This document shows positions 49,976 to 60,158 of a stretch of DNA of 64,000 nt, piece by piece (the stretch's first letter is position 1; every line of letters begins with the position of its first letter). The position numbers were made by a program, and so were the translations under genes. The notes below the pieces were generated by a model. It did no database searches and had not been told where the DNA came from. It saw only the letters and a program-made list of their open reading frames with translations. This DNA comes from Nitrospirota bacterium (GTDB lineage Bacteria > Nitrospirota > Thermodesulfovibrionia > Thermodesulfovibrionales > Dissulfurispiraceae). The DNA is taken from assembly GCA_963710375.1 (NCBI GenBank), contig CAVPZX010000003.1:1-64000 (forward strand). Reading direction: 5' to 3'.

Positions 49976-51869
49976 ATTAAAATTATATTGCCTGACGGTG
50001 CGGAACAAGTAGTAGAGAAGTCCGAGCTGCAGAAACTCATCGAATCATCTCGCGCTATCGCAATCAGCGTCAACGGAAATTTAGTGGACATGGCGTCACT
50101 GGACGCCCTTGCTCCTGAGTCTGTAATAGAACTGGTTAACGCACAATCAAAAGAGGGGAAAGAGATTTACCGCCACAGCACATCTCACATCATGGCCCAC
50201 GCCGTGAAGGAATTGTTTCCCGATGTTAAATTTGCCATAGGCCCTGCCACAGAAGAAGGCTTTTATTATGACTTTGACAGGGCTGAACACTTTGCCCCTG
50301 AGGACCTTGAAAAAATTGAAAAGAGGATGAAGGAGATTATCAAGCAGAACAAGCCCTTTGTAAGGAAAGAGATTGCAAGAGATGAGGCAATAGCACGTTT
50401 CAGGGAAATGGATGAACCATACAAGGTTGAACTGCTTGAGGATATTTCCGATGCCACAGTCTCGCTGTATGAAGAGGGCGGGTTTGTTGACCTTTGCAGA
50501 GGGCCGCATCTGTCCCGGACCGGAAGAGTTAAGGCATTCAAACTCTTGAGTATTGCGGGGGCCTACTGGCGCGGCAGCGAAAAGAACAAAATGCTCCAGA
50601 GGATATACGGAACTGCCTTTGATACAAAAGAGGAGCTCAAGTCATACCTAGATTATCTTGAAGAGGTCAAAAAACGTGATCATCGCAAGCTTGGCAAAGA
50701 ACTGGATCTTTTCAGCATAAGCGACGAAATCGGACCCGGCCTGATTCTCTGGCACCCGAATGGAGCAATAATCAGAAAGACAATAGAGGACTTCTGGAGG
50801 AACGAGCATCTCAAGGCGGACTATAAAATCCTTTTTTCACCGCATATTGCGAGGCTGCATTTATGGCAGGAGAGCGGGCACTGGGACTTTTACAGGGAAA
50901 ACATGTACTCCCCGATGGAAATAGACGAAATTGCCTACGAGTTGAAGCCGATGAATTGTCCTTTCCATATCAACATATATAAAAGTCAGCTCAGGAGCTA
51001 CCGGCACCTGCCGCTGAGGTATGCTGAACTCGGCACGGTATACAGGTACGAAAGGTCCGGCACGCTGCACGGACTTATGCGGGTGAGGGGTTTTACCCAG
51101 GATGATGCGCATATATTCTGCAGGGAGGACCAGATCGAGGAGGAAATCGTGAATATACTCGATTTCACGCTTTTCATTCTCAGGACCTTCGGATTTGACT
51201 CATACGATATATATCTTTCTACCAGACCTGAGAAATATGTGGGCGCCCTTGACAACTGGGAGCATGCGACAAATGCCTTGAAGCAGGCGCTTGAGAAGAA
51301 GGGATTGCCCTACGTTGTAGACCCCGGAGAAGGCGTTTTTTACGGGCCCAAGATAGATATAAAGATAAAGGACTCTCTGAACAGGGCATGGCAGTGCAGC
51401 ACCATACAGGTTCAACTTCAATCTCCCCGAGAGGTTCGATACGGTATACAGGGGTAGTGACGGCAAAGAGCACAGGCCCATTATGATCCATCGCGCATTA
51501 ATGGGATCGCTGGAACGCTTTTTCGGTGTTCTTATCGAGCATTATGCAGGTGTCTTCCCGCTCTGGCTTGCTCCGGTACAGGTGTCGGTTTTGACAATTG
51601 CGGAAAGGCATGACGTCTATGCCCGGCAGGTATATGAGGCGCTCAAACGCGCCGGTATAAGGTCCGAAACAAATACCGACAACGAGAAGATAGGGTACAA
51701 GATCCGTGAAGCCACGATGAGAAAAGTTCCATATTTGATTATAATAGGGGACAAAGAACTCGAGGATCAGAAAGTTACTGTAAGAAAGCGTGATGGTGAA
51801 AATATCGGGCCATTTACAATAGACGAATTTATGTTGATAATAGTAGAAGAAATAAATTCTCGTAAATGA
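49976..51869 (+). CDS. thrS: Threonine-tRNA ligase (apparent +1 frameshift near 51412; possible AUU start)
   Basis: RHSTSH, DLCRGPH, RDHRKLG, KPMNCP, RVRGFTQDD, FYGPK, then FNLPERF...MIHRA in a shifted frame. Confidence 0.95.
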
Positions 51870-51959
51870 GCGAATGAGTAAATGGGCATATGAGTATAAT
51901 TAACTCTTGACCCGTACATGCATATACTCATATACTCATTTATCCATTTACCCATTTAT
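51862..51959. repeat. Inverted tandem octamer repeat
   Basis: gtaaatga gcgaatga gtaaatgg gcatatga ... tcatatac tcatttat ccatttac ccatttat; overlaps the thrS stop. Confidence 0.85.
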
Positions 51960-51979
51960 AAAAACGTGGAGGTGAGAAC

Positions 51980-52480
51980 ATAAGCAAAGATATTAGAGTT
52001 AACGAAGGTATCAGGACAAGAGAAGTGCGGTTGATCGGGGCATCCGGTGAACAGCTGGGAGTTGTAACGATACAGGAAGCACTGAGGATATCAAGAGAAA
52101 GCGGTTACGATCTTGTTGAGGTCGCCCCCAATGTAAGCCCTCCGGTGTGCAGGGTGATGGACTTCGGCAAGTATAAGTATCAGATGAGCAAAAAGCACAC
52201 TGCGAGAAAGACCGCTGACCTTAAAGAAGTGAAGATCAGGCCGCAAATAACCGACCATGATCTCCAGCTCAAGGTCAAAAATATCATGCGGTTTCTTGAA
52301 GAAGGGGACAAGGCGAAGGTCACCATGTTTTTCAGGGGAAGGGAAATCGTCAGACCTGAGATGGGGATGAAAGTATTTGACAGGATTAATGAGCTGCTTA
52401 CCGGTAAATTTAATATTGAACAGCAGCCCAGGCTGGAAGGCAATCATATAACCATGGTGATCACCCCCAGCAGCAAATAA
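51980..52480 (+). CDS. infC: Translation initiation factor IF-3 (AUA start)
   Basis: GGAGGTGAGAAC-ATA AGC AAA GAT ATT AGA GTT AAC GAA = (M)[31 protein letters not shown]. Confidence 0.95.
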   Translation: MSKDIRVNEGIRTREVRLIGASGEQLGVVTIQEALRISRESGYDLVEVAPNVSPPVCRVMDFGKYKYQMSKKHTARKTADLKEVKIRPQITDHDLQLKVKNIMRFLEEGDKAKVTMFFRGREIVRPEMGMKVFDRINELLTGKFNIEQQPRLEGNHITMVITPSSK

Positions 52481-52499
52481 GATAGAAAGGAGAAATGAA

Positions 52500-52700
52500 A
52501 TGCCTAAGCTTAAAACCCACAGGGGAGCTGCCAAGCGTTTTAAAGTGACCGGCAGCGGGAAGATAAAAAGAAGCAAAGCATTTAAGAGCCATCTGTTGAC
52601 CAGCAAGTCTTCCAAAAGGGGCAGGAGTCTCAGAAAAAGTGCTTTAGTTCCTGATGTGCAATATGACAGCGTGAAGAAGCTTTTGCCGTATGCGTTCTAA
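52500..52700 (+). CDS. rpmI: 50S ribosomal protein L35
   Basis: [21 protein letters not shown]. Confidence 0.98.
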   Translation: MPKLKTHRGAAKRFKVTGSGKIKRSKAFKSHLLTSKSSKRGRSLRKSALVPDVQYDSVKKLLPYAF

Positions 52701-52701
52701 G

Positions 52702-52749
52702 ACAGGTAAAGGAATAGGTGTCGCACTCTCTACCTTTACCTGTTTTTTT
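52702..52749 (+). terminator. Putative intrinsic terminator between rpmI and rplT
   Basis: ACAGGTAAAGG...CCTTTACCTGT followed by a T run. Confidence 0.6.
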
Positions 52750-52835
52750 GGCTTGACGCTTTAGTGCCTGATTAATTAAAATGTAAGCTATTAATGTGAG
52801 TTAAGAAGTTTTTTCGGACAGAGAAGGAGGATAAG

Positions 52836-53189
52836 ATGCCGAGGGCGAAAGGTGGTTTTAAGTCCAAACGATACCATAAGAAGGTTCTTGAGAGTTCAAA
52901 GGGTCAATATGGGGCGAGGAGTCGTCTTTACCGCATAGCAACACAGGTTGTCGACAAGGCCCTTATTGCTGCATATAAGGACAGAAGGCTTAAGAAACGG
53001 GAATTCAGGGCACTCTGGATAGCGCGGATCAATGCCGCAGTAAGGTCGCTGAACACCTCATACAGTCAATTTATGAACGGATTAAAGAAGGCCAATGTCA
53101 ATTTAAACAGAAAGGCCCTTGCCGATCTGGCGTGCAATGACTTCGAGACTTTTAGCAAACTTGTCGAGCAAGTAGCAAAAAATAAATAA
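52836..53189 (+). CDS. rplT: 50S ribosomal protein L20
   Basis: [34 protein letters not shown]. Confidence 0.98.
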   Translation: MPRAKGGFKSKRYHKKVLESSKGQYGARSRLYRIATQVVDKALIAAYKDRRLKKREFRALWIARINAAVRSLNTSYSQFMNGLKKANVNLNRKALADLACNDFETFSKLVEQVAKNK

Positions 53190-53277
53190 CAGACCGGTTC
53201 AAAGCAACCCGATAGCAGCAGGCATTAAGGCGATGATTATTTGCTGCAGTCTACTTCTGTGTTCGCCATGTTAAATA

Positions 53278-54288
53278 ATGATGATCGAAGATCTGAAACA
53301 GAAATTTCTGAATGAATTAAAGTCTGTTATAAGTACTGCTGATCTGTTTCAGCTTAGAATCAATTATCTGGGCAAAAAGGGACATGTCACAGCTGCCCTG
53401 AAAGCGCTTTCTTCAGCAGCGCCGGAAGACCGGCCGCTGCTCGGCAAGAAGATAAACGATGTAAAACAATTTATCGAAGCCGAGTTAGATGCCAAAGAAG
53501 CCTTCCTCAAAAACCAAGCGCTGAAAAAACAGTTGTCGGCCGGGTTCATTGATATAACTCTGCCCGGCAAATACACTGCTATTGGCATCCAGCACCCTAT
53601 CAATAAAGTTCTTTTCGAAATAGTGGATATTTTTGTCAGGATGGGATTCAGTGTTGAAGAAGGCCCGGAAGTAGAACATGATTATTATAACTTCGAGGCG
53701 CTGAATTTCCCAAGGGAGCATCCTGCGCGTGATATGCAGGACACCTTTTTTGTTAGTGACGATATTGTGCTCAGGACCCATACATCTCCGGTGCAGGTGA
53801 GGGGAATGGAAAAGAGAAAGCCCCCTGTGCGGTTCATTGCCCCCGGAAAGGTGTACAGGTGTGATGCCGATATAACTCATACACCCATGTTCCATCAGGT
53901 CGAGGGGCTTATGGTGGATAAAGATATTACGTTCAGCAATCTGAAAGGTGTCCTAGAGGCATTTCTTCATCAGATATTCGGTCCTGATACACCGGTGCGG
54001 TTCAGGCCGAGCTTTTTCCCTTTCACCGAGCCGTCGGCAGAGGTAGATATAGGCTGTATACTTTGCGGCGGTTCCGGCTGCAGGGTTTGCAAAAATTCGG
54101 GCTGGCTCGAAATCCTCGGCGCCGGTATGGTAAACCCGGCAGTTTTTAAATATGTCGGATATGATCCGGAAGTTTATTCAGGGTTCGCCTTCGGAATGGG
54201 GATTGAAAGAATAGCAATGCTCAAATATTCGATTGACGACATCAGGCTGTTTTACGAGAACGATGTCAGATTCCTGAGGCAGTTTTGA
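53278..54288 (+). CDS. pheS: Phenylalanine-tRNA ligase alpha subunit
   Basis: [37 protein letters not shown]. Confidence 0.98.
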   Translation: MMIEDLKQKFLNELKSVISTADLFQLRINYLGKKGHVTAALKALSSAAPEDRPLLGKKINDVKQFIEAELDAKEAFLKNQALKKQLSAGFIDITLPGKYTAIGIQHPINKVLFEIVDIFVRMGFSVEEGPEVEHDYYNFEALNFPREHPARDMQDTFFVSDDIVLRTHTSPVQVRGMEKRKPPVRFIAPGKVYRCDADITHTPMFHQVEGLMVDKDITFSNLKGVLEAFLHQIFGPDTPVRFRPSFFPFTEPSAEVDIGCILCGGSGCRVCKNSGWLEILGAGMVNPAVFKYVGYDPEVYSGFAFGMGIERIAMLKYSIDDIRLFYENDVRFLRQF

Positions 54289-54410
54289 CGGTCTCGTAAA
54301 AATCCCATATGCTGCGTTGCGCTGCATCCTTAGTCACTGCGGCGTACGAAAAGTACGCCTCATTCCTGCGGATTTGCGCGCCTTGCCTATGGACTTTTTA
54401 CGAAACCGTC
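54287..54410 (+). mobile_element. MITE family A copy 3 (124 bp)
   Basis: GACGGTCTCGTAAAAATCCCATA...TATGGACTTTTTACGAAACCGTC; overlaps the pheS stop. Confidence 0.9.
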
Positions 54411-54454
54411 GGGTTTAATAGGAAAAATAGGTAAAGGATGGTGTCCCGTTTATC

Positions 54455-56545
54455 ATGAGGGTTTCTCTTGAATGGCTGAGGGAATTTGTTCCGGTCAGCG
54501 AATCTGCCGCAGAAGTGGCACATCGTCTCACTATGCTCGGGCTTGAAGTCGAAGCAATGGAGCAGGTTGACGGGGACACTGTTTTTGAGATCAACGTGAC
54601 CCCTAACAGGCCAGACTGCCTCAGTATGATCGGTGTTGCCCGCGAACTGTCCGCAGCCTACGGTCAGACACTTGGCTTCCCCGAGCATGTGGTCGCGGCA
54701 GAGACAGGAGAACTTGATTTTAATGTAGATATCCATGACCCCGCCCTCTGCCGGCGATACGCAGGGAGGATAGTCAAAGGGCTTAAAATCGGCCCTTCAC
54801 CTGAGTGGCTTAAGCGCAGGCTCGAAAAATGCGGGTTTAGATCAATAAACAATGTGGTCGATGTAACCAATTATGTCCTCATTGAACTGGGACACCCCCT
54901 CCATGCCTTTGACCTGGGCACTATCAAGGGACGCCGCATACAGGTCGGCACATCGAGGAATGTTAAGGGCAAGACCGAAAAGTTGCGTTTCCGTACCCTT
55001 GACGGGAACGAGCAGGAACTGCCCGGGGATGCGCTTCTTATATGGGACGCCGAAGATCCTATAGCGATTGCCGGGATTATGGGCGGACTCGAAACGGAAG
55101 TCAGCGATTCGACTGTCGATATTTTTATTGAGAGCGCCTGGTTCGACCCAGTATCGGTAAGGAAGACCTCAAGGTCAACGTGCCTGAAGACCGAGGCGTC
55201 ATTCAGGTTTGAACGGGGTACGGATATAAAGATGCTTAAGAAGGCCTTGGACAGGGCAGCCTTGCTTATGCACGAGATTGCAGGCGGTACAGTCTACGGA
55301 AAAATAGACATCTACCCTGTAATATACTCACCAAGGGAAATCAGTATCAGCTGCGAAAAGATAAACAGAGTGCTGGGGCTGGATCTGACCGAAGCGAAAA
55401 TTACCCATTACCTGAATGCATTGGGTTTTGGTGTGGATAAGGTAAACAAATATTTTAATATTACACCGCCGGCATATAGGGAGGACGTACAGGGCGGCTT
55501 CGATATTATAGAAGAGGTCGCACGGGCATACGGGTATGAGAGAATCCCGGCGGTCCTGCCGACCGCGGTTGTCGGCATCGAGGCTCAGGACGACGCGCGG
55601 AAATTATTTTCAGGGGCTCTTCTAAAAGAGGTGAAGGAATCTTTTTTAAAGTCGGGATTTACCGAAGTAATCAATTACAGTTTTATGGGAGAACAGGACC
55701 TGGATTTCCTGGGTTTCGATACTGACGATGAACGCAGGAAAATGGTGCGGATAAAGAACCCTCTGCGCACTGAAGATGCCTGCATGCGAACAACACTTGT
55801 TCCTGCCTTGATTAAAAATATCGTGTATAACGTATCACACGATAACAGATCATTCAGGTTTTATGAAATATCCAGGGTCTTTTTAAGCAAGGAGGGGAGC
55901 TCACTCCCTGAAGAAAGAAACCACTTCGCAGCAGCATTATATAAAGAAAAAATACGATCGCTTTACAAGGATGATACCCACGACTTTTTTGTGGTCAAGG
56001 GCGTAATTGAGGCCCTGTTTGATGTTCTCAAAATAAGCAGTTATTCCTTTGCCAGGTCATCGGAACACTTTCTGCACCCCGGGCAATCTGCGGATATATT
56101 GATAGGCGGCGAGAAGATCGGATACGTCGGGGCCTTGTCTCCGGTTATTATCGGTCGTCTTGACATAAAGGCGCATAATCCTTCAATAATCCTTGCAGAG
56201 ATTGATGTTGAACTCATCAGACCTTATTCCATGCAGGCACTCAAATATCATCCATTGCCCAGGTATCCCTATAGTGAAAGGGACACTGCGCTTGTGGTAG
56301 ATGAATCCCTTGAATCAGCGGAGATTGTTGCATTGCTAAAGTCCTATAGTTCTGACCTGATAGAGGACGTTTCGCTATTCGACGTCTATCAGGGGAAGAA
56401 CATCCCTGAAGGAAAAAAGAGCATCGCCTTTTCGATCCGGTACAGGGCGTCAGACCGGACACTGAAAGATGAGGAGGTTGACGTCCTCCACGATCAGATC
56501 ATTGCATTCGTTATCGAAAGAACCAAGGGACAGCTCAGGACTTAG
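54455..56545 (+). CDS. pheT: Phenylalanine-tRNA ligase beta subunit (short form lacking B2 domain)
   Basis: SLEWLRE, TPNRPDCLS, INNVVDVTNY, RFERG, EEVAR, RTLKDEE. Confidence 0.97.
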   Translation: MRVSLEWLREFVPVSESAAEVAHRLTMLGLEVEAMEQVDGDTVFEINVTPNRPDCLSMIGVARELSAAYGQTLGFPEHVVAAETGELDFNVDIHDPALCRRYAGRIVKGLKIGPSPEWLKRRLEKCGFRSINNVVDVTNYVLIELGHPLHAFDLGTIKGRRIQVGTSRNVKGKTEKLRFRTLDGNEQELPGDALLIWDAEDPIAIAGIMGGLETEVSDSTVDIFIESAWFDPVSVRKTSRSTCLKTEASFRFERGTDIKMLKKALDRAALLMHEIAGGTVYGKIDIYPVIYSPREISISCEKINRVLGLDLTEAKITHYLNALGFGVDKVNKYFNITPPAYREDVQGGFDIIEEVARAYGYERIPAVLPTAVVGIEAQDDARKLFSGALLKEVKESFLKSGFTEVINYSFMGEQDLDFLGFDTDDERRKMVRIKNPLRTEDACMRTTLVPALIKNIVYNVSHDNRSFRFYEISRVFLSKEGSSLPEERNHFAAALYKEKIRSLYKDDTHDFFVVKGVIEALFDVLKISSYSFARSSEHFLHPGQSADILIGGEKIGYVGALSPVIIGRLDIKAHNPSIILAEIDVELIRPYSMQALKYHPLPRYPYSERDTALVVDESLESAEIVALLKSYSSDLIEDVSLFDVYQGKNIPEGKKSIAFSIRYRASDRTLKDEEVDVLHDQIIAFVIERTKGQLRT

Positions 56546-56605
56546 GTCTCAGCCTGCAGCATCAACCGTTCCTTTGTGGTATCATTATGTAAGAGAGGAG
56601 GGTTT

Positions 56606-56875
56606 ATGCAGATTAGGACAACTATAGAGCTTTGGCAAAAAGGTAAATGGGTTATCGCTAAAATGCCCGAGCTTGATTTTGTCACACAGGGGCGCACGAT
56701 AGAGGAGGCTAAGTCGAACTTAAAAGAAGTTGTCAGGATACAGTTCGAGGAAATGAAAGAACTCGGGACTCTTGAGGACTACCTTGCTGAGTGCGGTTTC
56801 GAGATCAGAGGAGACAATGTTGAACCGATTAATGAAATGATCGGGTTTGAGAAACAGTTTGTTCAGGTAAATTAA
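56606..56875 (+). CDS. HicB-family antitoxin (short)
   Basis: AKMPELDFVTQGRTIEEAKSNLKEV. Confidence 0.88.
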   Translation: MQIRTTIELWQKGKWVIAKMPELDFVTQGRTIEEAKSNLKEVVRIQFEEMKELGTLEDYLAECGFEIRGDNVEPINEMIGFEKQFVQVN

Positions 56876-57105
56876 TGCCCAAAATATATCCGACTGACTG
56901 GAAGACTCAGCGCCGGATATTTGAGCTGTTCGGTTGTAAATATAAACGTAAAGAAGGTTCTCACCATATTCTAACCTACCCTGGAGCAAAAAGAGCCGTT
57001 GTTATCCCTGAATACGATGAAATCGACATTGACATCATCAAAAGCAATATGCGTACAGTCGGTATGAGCAGGGAGCAATATTTTGAGTTGTTGAAGATGG
57101 TATGA
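56875..57105 (+). CDS. HicA-family toxin
   Basis: FGCKYKRKEGSHHIL...VVIP...IIKSN. Confidence 0.88.
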   Translation: MPKIYPTDWKTQRRIFELFGCKYKRKEGSHHILTYPGAKRAVVIPEYDEIDIDIIKSNMRTVGMSREQYFELLKMV

Positions 57106-57224
57106 ATTTACCGTGCAAGTTTCATTCGGGGAAGCGCATAATGGAGATGATTAGAGTGGAGCTTACTTCACCGACAAGTCCTCGCGAATCAACATACCGC
57201 AATAGTGAAGATTTTCGAGAGAAG

Positions 57225-57410
57225 TCAGTGGTAACGATGGTCCACAGCTTCCAAACGGCCTCCACAAGAACAAAATAACTGAATGATGATGACGATATCT
57301 TGCGAAGGGGCTATATTATAGCCGGAAGAAAGCTCAAATGAGGCAGAGGAGACATGGAATATCTCTATTATGGTAGAGACGGGACTACTTCTAACAAATC
57401 TTCCACACAC
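57225..57410 (-). pseudogene. Truncated SRAP/YedK (abasic-site processing) gene fragment
   Basis: MCGRF...YNIAPSQ N-terminus; similarity lost after about 43 codons. Confidence 0.8.
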
Positions 57411-57628
57411 TTAAGAATTAGATGAGTAAAGAAAAAATGCGACAGAGATAACAGCCGCGATAATGGCAACCCCTACAATCTTCCAGTTGACCTTATAACG
57501 CTTTTCCCCAGGAGAAATTAGCCCCCCGCTGTAGTCAATGCAAGCAAAATGTGGCTGAAGGTTTTATTGTTCCGGTGGGAATTGCGCCAAGCCTGTTGTC
57601 AATGAAGATATTTATTGCCTGTTGTTGT

Positions 57629-57982
57629 TCATGCATGGCCCATTGGGCCATCCGGATTGTTTTGGCGGTATATAGCGGCTGCAGTCGTTCCCACATCCTC
57701 AAGCATTTCCCTGATAACTATATCCAATCTTTTTATCGATATCTTCAGAGTGTCCGCTACCTGCGGCAACGGAATACCCTTCCCGAAATGCATCTCGGCA
57801 ATTAGAACCTTTAGAGCATCATCTTCAATAAAGTGTTTTAATTCGGGATCCTGCACATCAACCATGCTGAATGCCTCGCTGAAGCTTAACCCGTTTTCCA
57901 CGCCCTTTCTGATTTTTATAATGGCTTCGCTATAAATCAAGCGCTCTTCCGGCGTATAGTCCTTGTATTTGAAATCAGCCAT
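57629..57982 (-). CDS. Hypothetical protein
   Basis: 117-aa ORF with AAGGA SD and ordinary composition. Confidence 0.75.
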   Translation of the reverse strand: MADFKYKDYTPEERLIYSEAIIKIRKGVENGLSFSEAFSMVDVQDPELKHFIEDDALKVLIAEMHFGKGIPLPQVADTLKISIKRLDIVIREMLEDVGTTAAAIYRQNNPDGPMGHA

Positions 57983-58116
57983 AAAATTCCTTTCTGTTAA
58001 ATTAGTTGTCTTTCAATTTAGCATAGATACGCTGCTTTTAGCTAATTCTGGGGTAGAGCGCCGGGCAAATGCTCTATCTACTGATATGCACCCTCTTTTC
58101 GTGCTAATCTGCCGTT

Positions 58117-58296
58117 ATGCATAAAAAGCCGTTTCCTTTGAGCTCGTTACCGCTGAAAACCAAAATTACCGGACTGGTGCTGATTCTCTTTTTGTCCAGC
58201 ATCTGGGTCTTAACCAGTGCAATCGATGTGGATCGTAAGTTTGCTGTTTCCTTCGGCGTGAGGGGGGCCTCCTATATAGATTACACCGCAAAGTAG
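58117..58296 (+). pseudogene. Possible N-terminal remnant of a membrane sensor gene
   Basis: ...LPLKTKITGLVLILFLSSIWVLT... resembles TM1 of Cache/PAS sensors; stops after 59 codons. Confidence 0.35.
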
Positions 58297-58624
58297 CTCG
58301 TGAAATGTCAAGATGTCGGGCGGCTGAGCATAATAAGAAGTGATACCAGAGTAATAAAAAATCGTCATGCGTGGAACCGCTACACTGCTTTAGGGCTACA
58401 ACTTATCATTATATGGAACACCCCCTCAGTACTGAATGTACTTAACGCCTAGTAGACTATATTCCCGATAGTACATCGCCCAATTGTTACAATGGCACCC
58501 ACTGAGTATTTGCAGGAAGGAATAAAAGGTATTTGCACAAGCAAAGGCCATGCAGTGTGCGAGCTGGAACTAACACTCGATCTAACATTGCTGATCGATC
58601 TGGTTTTATATTTTACAATTCATC

Positions 58625-58660
58625 AGCGCTCGACTCACGACGCTCGACGCTATCGCGCTA
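58625..58660 (-). repeat. Heptamer tract at the copZ stop
   Basis: Minus strand agcgcg at agcgtcg agcgtcg tgagtcg agcgctg. Confidence 0.5.
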
Positions 58661-58853
58661 TTTTATATCCGGCCTTCTCGATGGCTGAATAGATATCTTC
58701 CATCTTCACTTTTGATTCGTCATACTTGATGCTTGCACTGCCGACCGTAACATTTGCTTCAGTAATGCCTGCAATACCGTTCAGCGCCCTTTTTACTCTC
58801 ATCACGCAATGCTCACAGCTCATGCCCTCGATTTTTATTCCAGTTTCTGCCAT
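58650..58853 (-). CDS. copZ: CopZ-like heavy-metal chaperone (HMA)
   Basis: IEGMSCEHCV...IEKAGY. Confidence 0.92.
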   Translation of the reverse strand: MAETGIKIEGMSCEHCVMRVKRALNGIAGITEANVTVGSASIKYDESKVKMEDIYSAIEKAGYKIAR

Positions 58854-59011
58854 TTAGATTCCTCCTGCGTTCAATTTGTTAAATATCTCCAATCCAGTCA
58901 TTAAAATTATAATTCAATTAGCCTCACTCTTTCCATTGCCTTTAGTGTAAGAGGGTTTGATGGCCGAGGTTGACATTTATATGCATATTAGGTAAGGTTT
59001 CAGAAATTAAT

Positions 59012-60064
59012 ATGACAATTGATCCCTTAGCTATCACATCGGAAATAATAATCCCTCTTGCTATCGTAGCGGGAGGAATCCTCCTTGGTGTCATCGTCGA
59101 GATGGTGATAGTTGGAAAGCTGAAAAGAATGATCGCGAAAGAGAAAAACGATGCCGCCGAAATTGCGCTTCTGGCGGCTCGATACATGATAGTCCTTTCA
59201 ATTGCCATTCTGAGTGTCTACGGCGCAATACATCTCGTCCCCTTGAACAGGCCTCTTTTTCATGTTCTGAAAAAAATCCTTCACGTACTGATGATACTGA
59301 CTGGAACTATCATTGCGTGCAGGTTCACGGTAGCATTCATAAACATTTACATGAAAAAAACAAAAGCTGACATTGCCGCGTTTACTATCTTTATAAATCT
59401 GATAAAACTGGTGGTTTACCTGATCGGTTTCATGATAATACTCGATTCCATCGGGGTATCCATCACGCCCATACTCACTGCACTGGGCGTGGGCGGATTG
59501 GCGGTGGCCCTGGGGCTCCAGAACACCCTTGCCAACCTGTTTTCGGGACTTAACATCATTGCCTCAGGAAAGTTCAGGGTGGGAGATTATATTAAACTGG
59601 GCAGTGGTGAGGAAGGGTACATATCCGATATGACGTGGCGGGAGACGATTGTCAAAACGCCTTCAGATAATATTATCGTAATCCCGAATTCCAAGCTCGC
59701 ATCGGTGAATGTTACAAACTATTCCCTTCCCGACAGCGAGATGTACATGGTCGCTAAAATCGGCGTGAGTTATAATAGCGATTTGAAAAGAGTGGAAGAA
59801 GTGACAGCAGCTGTGGCAAAAGAAGTTATGCGTGAAGTTGCCGGAGGCGTTCCGGAATTCGAACCTTTTATACAATACACCAGGTTTTCTGATTCATGCA
59901 TAGATTTTTCACTAAATATGCGCGTTAAAGACTTCAATAGTCAGGCTGGTGTTCAGCACGAATTGATCATGCGGCTTCATGAAAGGTACAAGCAGGAAGG
60001 GATAGTTATTCCATACCCCATAAGGACGGTGTTCATGAAGGAGCTCCAAAGTAAGGAGACTTAA
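59012..60064 (+). CDS. Small-conductance mechanosensitive channel (MscS family)
   Basis: LGVGGLAVALGLQNTLANLFSG, FRVGD, IPNSKL, GIVIPYP. Confidence 0.94.
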   Translation: MTIDPLAITSEIIIPLAIVAGGILLGVIVEMVIVGKLKRMIAKEKNDAAEIALLAARYMIVLSIAILSVYGAIHLVPLNRPLFHVLKKILHVLMILTGTIIACRFTVAFINIYMKKTKADIAAFTIFINLIKLVVYLIGFMIILDSIGVSITPILTALGVGGLAVALGLQNTLANLFSGLNIIASGKFRVGDYIKLGSGEEGYISDMTWRETIVKTPSDNIIVIPNSKLASVNVTNYSLPDSEMYMVAKIGVSYNSDLKRVEEVTAAVAKEVMREVAGGVPEFEPFIQYTRFSDSCIDFSLNMRVKDFNSQAGVQHELIMRLHERYKQEGIVIPYPIRTVFMKELQSKET

Positions 60065-60158
60065 CAGATAAAACTCATAAGCACTTGACTAATCGAAAAG
60101 ATTGATTTATACATTATCATTGACCAAATAATGCAATATTCATTAAGGAGGATGATTT

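Noticed and set aside
51405..51483. Programmed frameshift or split ThrS
   Set aside because: No slippery site; the break falls in the conserved QxDF motif; same single-base pattern in two other genes suggests error
57413..57560. Minus-strand hydrophobic reading frame (...VNWKIVGVAIIAAVISVAFFLYSSNS*)
   Set aside because: No start codon after the preceding in-frame stop; cannot be supported as a gene
58400..58620. Possible structured RNA downstream of copZ
   Set aside because: Only short scattered complementarities; no recognisable riboswitch consensus
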